Shown here piece by piece: positions 18,602 to 26,052 of a stretch of DNA of 64,000 bases. The notes beneath the pieces are model-generated. The model was given only the letters and a program-made list of their open reading frames with translations. It had not been told where the DNA came from and searched no databases. The first letter of the stretch is position 1. Every line of letters starts with the position of its first letter. A program made the translations under genes and the position numbers. The DNA is from Opitutia bacterium (GTDB lineage Bacteria > Verrucomicrobiota > Verrucomicrobiia > Opitutales > Seribacteraceae). The DNA is taken from contig PBLJ01000022.1 of assembly GCA_002721705.1 (NCBI GenBank), positions 4,482 to 68,481 on the forward strand, in the 5' to 3' direction.

Positions 18602-19030
18602 ATGAGCGACAAACCCGGAACCAAACCCATCGCGAGCCCGAAACGAGACCTCAAGCGAATCAGTGAAAACAGCCAAGCCGTAGTCGGCGAACTACGAGAA
18701 TTCCTTGCCACCCTGAAAGGCAAAAGTCCGAAGGAAATGATGGGATCGGTAGCCGAAAGCAACTTGGCCAAGAGCTTGGTCGTCTCCTGCTTGGTTATGA
18801 TAACCCTCCTTTTTGCCCTCAGTGCCATTCCCTACGCCATGAAGGATGGCGAAGACCAAGCCAACGAAACACCGGAGGAAGAGAGCGAAAAAAGCAAAGA
18901 GGAAAGTTCCGCGACCGATGAAAAAACGGAAGATACCAAGACGCCTGCCGAAGCCTTGGAAATCAACGAGGCAAAACCGGATGAGCCACCTGAGATCGAC
19001 GTACTGGAGCCCGACTTGTTGGATCAGTGA
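18602..19030 (+). CDS. Small single-pass membrane protein with a Glu/Pro/Lys-rich acidic tail (function unknown; possible transducer/linker)
   Basis: 142 aa. About 55 aa of basic N-terminus, one TM segment (LVVSCLVMITLLFALSAIPYA), then about 60 aa of acidic tail: DGEDQANETPEEESEKSKEESSATDEKTEDTKTPAEALEINEAKPDEPPEIDVLEPDLLDQ. No recognisable TonB C-terminal domain. GTGA overlap with the next gene. Confidence 0.6.
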   Translation: MSDKPGTKPIASPKRDLKRISENSQAVVGELREFLATLKGKSPKEMMGSVAESNLAKSLVVSCLVMITLLFALSAIPYAMKDGEDQANETPEEESEKSKEESSATDEKTEDTKTPAEALEINEAKPDEPPEIDVLEPDLLDQ

Positions 19031-20493
19031 ATCGAAATTCAGTTAGCGCCCAATTGGGTTGGCTTCTCGCCGCCTTGCTCAGCCTTGTCTGGCTTTACGT
19101 TTGGCTGGATTGGCAGTACTTCAAATGGTTCTCTTTGGAAAGCCACGACCTCCTTTGTTACGTCGCCCTCCTTCCCGTTGCTTGGGGATTCTGGCAAGCG
19201 CGGAGAAAAATTCTCTTGTTTCGCTACGCAATTTATTCGGCATGCCTGTTGCCTATCTGGCACCTGATTGTCTTCAAGTGCGACCGAAAGGGTTGGGACA
19301 ACCTAGAGGCGATCACTGCCCAAACGGGCTTGGCCATTATCTTCGTCGTTGGCTTGGCTTGGACCGTTTGGTTGGTGGACAGGCAAGCGCAACGCTACCA
19401 AGTGAAACGACTCGAGACATCCGCGCCGAAGGAAGGTTCAAGCCCCCTGCTTGCGATGCACGCATCGATGGCAAACGCCGAGGATGGCCGCCGCATATGG
19501 AATCCCGTGGACATGGATGCCTGGTTCTATGGCAAAAAGAAACCCAAACTGTACCAGTCGCTTTCGGTTTTCTTCGGCTACTTGGTCACTTTTCTGGCGA
19601 TATTCCTTATACTGATCAACCTGACGGGCTGCGAGGATGCTTTCGCCTTGCCCTCGGGCGGAGGCGAGGAAGCCCCGCTACAGCCCATGGTAAAGATACA
19701 GAAAATCATCAAGAAGAAATTCGTCCTCAACCCCTATAGCTCAGTTTATACGCACGCTCCCAACGAAACCCAGTTGCAATTGCTGGAAATCACGAAACAT
19801 GCCTACAAGGCAGGCTCCGGCGAAGGCGCTGGCGCTGGTTTCTCAAGCGGGAACAGCAGGGGAAAAGTGCACTTCATACGCTTGGAATATTCCGGCGGCG
19901 ACTGGGACCAAGGAATCGACGCCGATGAAAACATGCTCATGCAATATCACCTCCTGACGCAACACAAGGTGGCCGACGAACCGCAAACCAGGACAATATC
20001 GCAAGTCAAGAATTTCAAGATCGGGGAAAGCCCTCCCCTGCTTTACTTAACCGGACAAAAGAACATCAACGTAGGCAAGGGAGACGTCGACGTGCTACGC
20101 TCCTACCTACTCGAAAAGCATGGCATGCTCTTCGCCGACAACGGCGGAAGCCCTCACTGGGGCAACCAGTTCAAAAGCCTGATGTCTCGCATCCTGCCGA
20201 GACAACAATACATTGTGGTCCCGCTGGACCACCCCATTCATTACATCCCCTACCCCATTCCCTTTCTGCCCTACGTCGCTCCCCACGGAGGCAAGGAAGC
20301 CTTGGCTTGGGTGGTGGACGGACGAATCGTGGCCTATTATCATCCCGGAGACATCGGGGACGCTTGGGCCGATGATCATGCGGGTGTCGACAGACAAGTA
20401 TGGGAAGCTTGCTATCACTTGGGAACAAACGTCATATTCTATGCTCACGCGGAGTACAACAGATGGCTAGAGAAACGAAAAAAATCAAACTGA
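19027..20493 (+). CDS. Polytopic membrane protein with a C-terminal DUF4159-like domain
   Basis: 488 aa with about 5 predicted TM segments (LGWLLAALLSLVWLYVWL, LLCYVALLPVAWGFW, AIYSACLLPIWHLIVF, GLAIIFVVGLAWTVWLV, SVFFGYLVTFLAIFLILINL). The C-terminal domain (FIRLEYSGGDWDQG...PPLLYLTGQKNINVGKGDVDVLRSYLLEKHGMLFADNGG...VPLDHPIHYIPY) matches my recollection of the DUF4159 pattern. GTG start inside a GTGA overlap. Confidence 0.65.
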   Translation: MNRNSVSAQLGWLLAALLSLVWLYVWLDWQYFKWFSLESHDLLCYVALLPVAWGFWQARRKILLFRYAIYSACLLPIWHLIVFKCDRKGWDNLEAITAQTGLAIIFVVGLAWTVWLVDRQAQRYQVKRLETSAPKEGSSPLLAMHASMANAEDGRRIWNPVDMDAWFYGKKKPKLYQSLSVFFGYLVTFLAIFLILINLTGCEDAFALPSGGGEEAPLQPMVKIQKIIKKKFVLNPYSSVYTHAPNETQLQLLEITKHAYKAGSGEGAGAGFSSGNSRGKVHFIRLEYSGGDWDQGIDADENMLMQYHLLTQHKVADEPQTRTISQVKNFKIGESPPLLYLTGQKNINVGKGDVDVLRSYLLEKHGMLFADNGGSPHWGNQFKSLMSRILPRQQYIVVPLDHPIHYIPYPIPFLPYVAPHGGKEALAWVVDGRIVAYYHPGDIGDAWADDHAGVDRQVWEACYHLGTNVIFYAHAEYNRWLEKRKKSN

Positions 20494-22190
20494 GTGCCTG
20501 GATTCTCTCCTTTGTCGCGCTCGGCACCCTGCTGAGCCCGCATGCGGCGAACGCTCGCTTGCTGGAAGAAGAGCAAATCCAAGTCGAAACCTATGCCAAA
20601 TTACGGGAAATCGAGCGCTACCAGTTGAAGATTGCCCAAAAGTTCTACGAGGCCAAGGACTACGTGGCAGCGGCCTCGGAGTACGAAAAATTCCTCACCC
20701 TTTACGAGCGTAGTCCCGGAGGACCGTATTCCTTGCTCATGTGGGCTCATTGCCAAGTGAAGCTCCGCTTGGTCAACACGGCGATCCGCGATGGCTTTCA
20801 GTCAGTCATCGATTACTGGCCTGAAAGCAACGAGGCGATCATTGCGAATTTCATGATTGGCAGATGTCATGCGCTCAATGGCGAGCCACGCAAAGCGGAG
20901 AAGGCCTTCCAGCAGCTGCTGGAAGACCACCCCAAGCACGTCAATGCCACCAGGGCTTGCGAGGAAATGCTGGTCATCGCGGCCAACCGCGAGGATATCG
21001 AGAAACAGGTGGAGCTTTGGACAAGCCTCGTCTTCCAGACGCCAAGCAACAGGCATACCCCTCATTATGCCAGTAAACTGGCCCAGTACCACTTTCGTGA
21101 ATCCGAATTCGACAAGGGTATCGAGGCCATTGAAAAAATTCATGGTGAAAAAGAACGGGCATTCATTGAAGCGGTTCATAGCAGCGGGAATGCCGTAACG
21201 AGAGAACTCTTTGCCAAGGATGAGTCGCAACCTCGAGCCAAGGCGCTGGGCGCCGAGTTGATATCCTTCCTGGAAGAACGACTGCCCGGCGACGTTTCCG
21301 AGAAAAAGGCGGAAGGAATCGCCCGCGAGACCCTCGATCGGATCGCCCAAGTTCATGCCACCTTGGACCAAGACAAGCAGGTCATCGCAACCTACGAACG
21401 TATGGGGAAAAAGCTCGGCATGGATGACTCCATACTCGGAAGCATGGCGGAATGGCACAAAAGGAAAGACCGTAGAGAACAAGCGCGAAGCGTTTACCGG
21501 CGTTACAAGGACAAGCAGGCCGGTTTGCGGGCCGTCGCCAACTCCTACGTAGAGGAGAACCAATACGGACAGGCCCGAAGCGTCTACGCACTCTATTCCG
21601 ATAAAGTGGAAGGTCGACTCGCCATCGCCAAATCCTACCGCTCGGAAAGGAATTGGAAAGAAGCGGTGAAAAATTATCTCTCCCTCATTGCGCTCGACAA
21701 GGAACGCGAATCCAGCTGGCAAAAAAACGTAGTCGACACTTGGCGAGAGGCCAGTGAATGGGACAAGGCGATCGACACCTATCGCGAACTGCTCAACGTA
21801 GATCCCGATCGCCATTCCGATTGGTACTGGGGAATGGCGGAATGCTACGAAAAAAAGAAAAAGTGGTCGGAAGCGATCCAAGCCTATCGCCAAACCGACA
21901 ATTACCCTGAAGGCTATTTTCGCATGGCGGAATGCAACAAGGAGCTTAAGAAATGGCCTGAAGGTCTGGTGATGTTAAACCAAGCGAAATCCCACAAGAA
22001 CGTGGGAGATCGGGCGCAATTCCGGATCGCACAGTTCTATGAAATGGCGGGACACAAGGAAAAATGCATCAAGGCCTTCCAAATGACCTGCAAGCTATAC
22101 CCTAAAAGCTCTTACGCCAGCCGGGCTCATGCCTACCTTCAAACGGAGTACGGCATAAACGTAACTCTCGGTGGCTCCACCGACAAGTAA
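20463..22190 (+). CDS. Secreted TPR protein (last gene of the ExbBD-TPR operon)
   Basis: ORF 20400..22190; preferred start is the ATG at 20463 (MARETKKIKLSAWILSFVALGTLLSPHAANA signal peptide), which overlaps the upstream gene by 31 nt. TPR-like repeats run throughout (YEAKDYVAAASEYEKFL, YWPESNEAIIANFMIGRCH, HPKHVNATRACEEM, WSEAIQAYRQ, YPKSSYASRAHAYL). Confidence 0.8.
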   Translation: MARETKKIKLSAWILSFVALGTLLSPHAANARLLEEEQIQVETYAKLREIERYQLKIAQKFYEAKDYVAAASEYEKFLTLYERSPGGPYSLLMWAHCQVKLRLVNTAIRDGFQSVIDYWPESNEAIIANFMIGRCHALNGEPRKAEKAFQQLLEDHPKHVNATRACEEMLVIAANREDIEKQVELWTSLVFQTPSNRHTPHYASKLAQYHFRESEFDKGIEAIEKIHGEKERAFIEAVHSSGNAVTRELFAKDESQPRAKALGAELISFLEERLPGDVSEKKAEGIARETLDRIAQVHATLDQDKQVIATYERMGKKLGMDDSILGSMAEWHKRKDRREQARSVYRRYKDKQAGLRAVANSYVEENQYGQARSVYALYSDKVEGRLAIAKSYRSERNWKEAVKNYLSLIALDKERESSWQKNVVDTWREASEWDKAIDTYRELLNVDPDRHSDWYWGMAECYEKKKKWSEAIQAYRQTDNYPEGYFRMAECNKELKKWPEGLVMLNQAKSHKNVGDRAQFRIAQFYEMAGHKEKCIKAFQMTCKLYPKSSYASRAHAYLQTEYGINVTLGGSTDK

Positions 22191-22247
22191 GTGCTCTCCA
22201 TTCGACTAGGCAGGGGATTACTTGTCCAAGGCCTTCGGTTTACGATA

Positions 22248-22946
22248 TCAGGAAGGCAAGGCCTCGCAAAAAGCTTGGGTTAAAGTTTGCGGCCGGGTGA
22301 TGGCCGTGCCCACTACCACTGCGTGGGCGCCGCGCAGCAAGGCCTCGACGGCTTGCTCGGGCGATGCGATTCGTCCTTCCGCGATAACCGGCACGGTATC
22401 CCCGAAATGATTGGCAAGCTGCTCAACCAAGTCCAGGTCAGGGCCGTCGTTTTCAACGATGGACTCGCCAACGTACCCGGACAAGGTGGTACCCACGATA
22501 TCGAATCCCAGCTCGGCAGCTCGAACACCTTCCTCAAAGTTGCTTACGTCGGCCATCAGCAAGACGGGACTGCTTGCACGCGCCGCGTTGACAATTTCAT
22601 GCAAGTTTTCATCTCCGGGGCGCGGACGAGCGGTGGCGTCGAGAGCGACCACTTGGGCCCCTGCGGCAGCAACTGCAAAAAGATCTTCCAGGCGTGGCGT
22701 TATATAAATTTCAGTATCTGGTAGCTCGCGTTTCCAAATTCCAATGACTGGAACCTTCGTTCGCTCGCGAATCGCTCTGACGTTTTCAGGACCATCGGCT
22801 CGAATCGCCACGGCGCCGCCCGCCACCACGGCCTCGGCAATGGACGCCATGACGTCGGGTGACTCGAGGGAAGGAGACGGCGAGGCTTGGCAGGATACGA
22901 TCAGGCCGCTTTTCAACAGGTCGATCAACTCGTCTTTACCGGACAT
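22248..22946 (-). CDS. nanE: N-acetylmannosamine-6-phosphate 2-epimerase
   Basis: 232 aa. GLIVSCQASP near the N-terminus, TIM-barrel-like pattern ...IRADG...IGIWKR...LDAT.R.RP...LLMADVS...GFDIVGTTLSGYV...PVIAEGRI, typical of the NanE family. Confidence 0.85.
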   Translation of the reverse strand: MSGKDELIDLLKSGLIVSCQASPSPSLESPDVMASIAEAVVAGGAVAIRADGPENVRAIRERTKVPVIGIWKRELPDTEIYITPRLEDLFAVAAAGAQVVALDATARPRPGDENLHEIVNAARASSPVLLMADVSNFEEGVRAAELGFDIVGTTLSGYVGESIVENDGPDLDLVEQLANHFGDTVPVIAEGRIASPEQAVEALLRGAHAVVVGTAITRPQTLTQAFCEALPS

Positions 22947-23013
22947 TAGGAAATCAGTCTGGGTCGAACTTTATCGTTGGTCAATGCAAGCCAATGGGTA
23001 ATCCTTAAATCCA

Positions 23014-23928
23014 ATGACGCGTTTTTGGATTTTTTGCTTACCTTTCGTCTCGGTTTTGGGAGACGCTCCGAAACAATTATCGACAACGCAAGCCTCCCCC
23101 GAGCAGATGGCCGCCAAACTGGGCATTCGCTTACCACCTCGGCCATGGCACATGGCGGACGTATGGTGGAGTTTCGAGAAACCAACCTCCAATTTCGAAA
23201 AGCTTGAGGTGGAAGTGACCATCGACCGCGACGTACCCGACTCCTACAACCTCTACGTAGCCCCGGTCGGAATCGCGCGCATCAACGGCATAGACTTCTA
23301 CGGCGGTCTCCAGACAAACGTTAATGGGTGGGCCTCCAAGAAAAGCCGAACGCGGGTACATCCGGGCATGGGGGCCATTTTTTCCAGGTGGGCGCAAGAC
23401 AAGAAGACCCCGTTGAGCTTGGACAACGTTCGCACGGTAAAAAACGGGCTCTGCGAAAGCGCTGGCTACGAAGGCTCGTTCTGCAGTGTCCGCCTCCCAT
23501 TCAAATGGGGGAAGGGCAGCTACGTATACTCCATCGTGAAAGGCAAAAAGGCAGGAGACAAAACATGGTTCGATTGCCGCGTGCTGGTCAAGGAAACCGG
23601 AAAATCAATCGACGTGGGAGGACTTCTCTTCGAGGGAACCGATTTCACCTTTTGGGCGAGTCATGCCGCCTTCGTGGAAATTTACGCAACCTCAAAGATT
23701 CCCCGCTCCGGCATTCCCAAGGTGAACGTCACCTTTGGGTATCCAATCATCAATGGAAACAAGCCCAAGCTTCGATATGCCAGCGCCTACCATCCGACTA
23801 GCGGAGGAGCCGGCAGCCCATCCTGCGCAAAAGCTCGAGCGGCAGGTGACAAGGTGGTGGTGGAGGTAGGACCGATCTTTCATCGCCCCTCTTCCGGAAA
23901 CCGCTATCACCTGAAACTGAAGCCGTAG
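23014..23928 (+). CDS. Secreted hypothetical protein
   Basis: 304-aa ORF with a signal peptide (MTRFWIFCLPFVSVLG). The composition suggests a beta-rich protein. I could not securely recognise a family (there is a weak memory of DUF3472-like proteins). Confidence 0.6.
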   Translation: MTRFWIFCLPFVSVLGDAPKQLSTTQASPEQMAAKLGIRLPPRPWHMADVWWSFEKPTSNFEKLEVEVTIDRDVPDSYNLYVAPVGIARINGIDFYGGLQTNVNGWASKKSRTRVHPGMGAIFSRWAQDKKTPLSLDNVRTVKNGLCESAGYEGSFCSVRLPFKWGKGSYVYSIVKGKKAGDKTWFDCRVLVKETGKSIDVGGLLFEGTDFTFWASHAAFVEIYATSKIPRSGIPKVNVTFGYPIINGNKPKLRYASAYHPTSGGAGSPSCAKARAAGDKVVVEVGPIFHRPSSGNRYHLKLKP

Positions 23929-23946
23929 AAACAGCTAGACAGGCCG

Positions 23947-24648
23947 TCAGATAGGCCCCCAGATCTTGCGCATGAGAGCATAGGTTTCGGGGTCGTGTTC
24001 CTTCAACTCGGCTCGCACGAAGGGATAGAAGTCGTTCACTCCAAGATACGACTCGGTCATCTCGGCGAAGAACTCCTTATGGTTGGTACGGGCGTAATGC
24101 TTCACCTTTCGTCCAGAAAATAAAAGTACCCGCTCGTAGAGCCCCTTTGTCTCGGACGCCTCGTAGACTTTGATGATCTCCTTGTTGTCAAAGCTCAGAA
24201 TCTGGTCGTGATAGGCGTGAGCCAGTTCGTGCAAAATAACGTAGGGATGCTTGGCCCAAGTACCACGACTGATCAAAGACTGCGCCCGCGGGAGATGGAC
24301 TCGCTTCTCGAGCTTTGGATCGTAGCCATTGGCAATGAGCCATCGACGGCTCGGGTGGTATTGCATGTTGCCCAACTCGTGCTTCAGGTCGAGGCGAATG
24401 CGCAAGGTCTGCAGTACCTTCACCTTGTCCTTATGCAAAATGTACTTGATGCGCTGCAGGTGGTTCGCAAGCGCCTTGGTGACCTCCTCGCAAAAGGCTT
24501 TGTTTTCATCCGTCAGCAATTGCGGATCGTATTCTATCGTCCAGCCCTCGACGTCTTTCTCGACGGGGACGTAAAACTTCTTGGCCTCCTTGGAGAAAAC
24601 AGGAAGGACAAGGCAACTGAGAAGAAGGAAGGAGAATAAAGGTTTCAT
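23947..24648 (-). CDS. Secreted putative Zn-metallopeptidase (HExxH plus downstream EFFAE, MtfA/gluzincin-like)
   Basis: ORF 23947..24684; preferred start is M13 (MKPLFSFLLLSCLVLPVFS signal peptide). Contains the motif VILHELAHAYHDQ and, 53 aa downstream, NHKEFFAEMTESY. This resembles the third-ligand Glu region of MtfA-type peptidases. Confidence 0.6.
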   Translation of the reverse strand: MKPLFSFLLLSCLVLPVFSKEAKKFYVPVEKDVEGWTIEYDPQLLTDENKAFCEEVTKALANHLQRIKYILHKDKVKVLQTLRIRLDLKHELGNMQYHPSRRWLIANGYDPKLEKRVHLPRAQSLISRGTWAKHPYVILHELAHAYHDQILSFDNKEIIKVYEASETKGLYERVLLFSGRKVKHYARTNHKEFFAEMTESYLGVNDFYPFVRAELKEHDPETYALMRKIWGPI

Positions 24649-24725
24649 GAGAAACAGGATTATGGCGTGGAGGCAAGCGATCAAGTAAAGACCTTGGCAA
24701 GTGAGAAAAAAATGCAGTGGGGAAC

Positions 24726-26039
24726 CTATTCCAGCTCGTCGATGATTTCCTTTATCCGAGCAACAATTTTGGGATGCTCCTTGGCCACGTCGCTTTCCTC
24801 GCTCAAGTCTTTGCTCAGGTCATAAAGAGCCAAGTCCTTGTTGGTTTGCACCCCTTTCCACTTGCCCATGCGGACCGCCCGGAACTTACTCCAGCGCCAA
24901 AAGAGGTATTCGTGCTTCTTTTGCTGTGCTTTCTGCCCCAGCAATGTCGGGGCAAAGGATATACCGTCGATGTCATCGGGGATTTCCGCTCCCCCCAATG
25001 CACAGGCAGTGGGCAACCAGTCCCAGAAAGCCGAGGGGAGATCCGTTACGCCCGGCTTCACCGTACCGGGCCACCAAGCGATCATGGGAACGCGGATACC
25101 ACCGTCGTGGAGAGATCTTTTGTATCCCTTGAGCTTTCCGTTTGAATCGAAGAAATCCACTTTGTGCCCGCCTTCCTGGTGGGGTCCGTTGTCGGAGGTG
25201 AAAACAACGAGGGTATTTTCATGGATGCCCAGTTTCTTGAGCAAATCCATGATCTTGCCCGTGTCCTCATCCATCAAGGTCACCATGGCGGCGAATCCTT
25301 TTTCAGGATTGGGCCAGTCACGATTCAAGTAGATACCGTAGTCGGGCACTTCCTGCCCGTCCTTCTCCACTCGCCCGGCCTCATTATTAGTGTGCGGAAT
25401 GGTCCAGGTGAGGTTGAGGTAGAACGGCTTGGCCTTGTTACGCTCGATGAAAGCGAGGGCCTCCTCGGTGATCCGGGTATGGGCATAGGTCACTTTCTTG
25501 GAGGAAACGTTTCTCTTCCCACTGTTCACGTTGCCGGGCAAGCGTTCGGCCTTGTCGTTGCGATACAGGAATTCAGGATAATAATCATGAGCGGCGGATT
25601 GATCGAGGTAGCCATAGAAGAAATCAAAGCCTTGGTTGTTCGGGTGACCGCTGGTGCCAACGTCGCCGAGGGCCCACTTGCCGACGCCTCCGGTCACGTA
25701 ACCGGCTTCCTTGAGGAGGGAAGTTACGGACTTGGTACCCTTGGGTAAAACATGCATATTGTTGCCGGCGATCGCGGTATGTCCGGTGTGCTTGCCGGTA
25801 AGAAAGACCAGACGAGATGGGCGGCATACCGTGTGACCGGCATAATGATCGGTGAAACGCAGCCCCTCTTTGGCCATTTGATCGAGTCGTGGCGTCTTGA
25901 CCTCTTTCTGGCCATAGCTTCCCAAGTCTCCGTAGCCAAGATCATCGGACACAATGTATATGATATTGGGTTTGCTGGGCGCCGCATGGAGCGAAGCGAA
26001 CAAGAAGAGAGAAAGGACAAGGCTGATGAACTTTTTCAT
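24726..26039 (-). CDS. Arylsulfatase (S1 family), canonical formylglycine motif
   Basis: ORF 24726..26141; preferred start is M35 (MKKFISLVLSLFLFASLHA). Contains PNIIYIVSDDLGYGDLG, CRPSR(LVFLTGK), GKWALG, SDNGPHQEGGH and LYDLSKDLSEESDVAKEHP. Confidence 0.9.
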   Translation of the reverse strand: MKKFISLVLSLFLFASLHAAPSKPNIIYIVSDDLGYGDLGSYGQKEVKTPRLDQMAKEGLRFTDHYAGHTVCRPSRLVFLTGKHTGHTAIAGNNMHVLPKGTKSVTSLLKEAGYVTGGVGKWALGDVGTSGHPNNQGFDFFYGYLDQSAAHDYYPEFLYRNDKAERLPGNVNSGKRNVSSKKVTYAHTRITEEALAFIERNKAKPFYLNLTWTIPHTNNEAGRVEKDGQEVPDYGIYLNRDWPNPEKGFAAMVTLMDEDTGKIMDLLKKLGIHENTLVVFTSDNGPHQEGGHKVDFFDSNGKLKGYKRSLHDGGIRVPMIAWWPGTVKPGVTDLPSAFWDWLPTACALGGAEIPDDIDGISFAPTLLGQKAQQKKHEYLFWRWSKFRAVRMGKWKGVQTNKDLALYDLSKDLSEESDVAKEHPKIVARIKEIIDELE

Positions 26040-26052
26040 TGGACGATGGCTT

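Noticed and set aside
18602-19030. Calling the 142-aa protein TonB.
   Set aside because: It has a Glu/Pro-rich segment and the right genomic position, but no C-terminal TonB domain and no N-terminal anchor motif. It is reported as unknown, with the similarity discussed as a finding.
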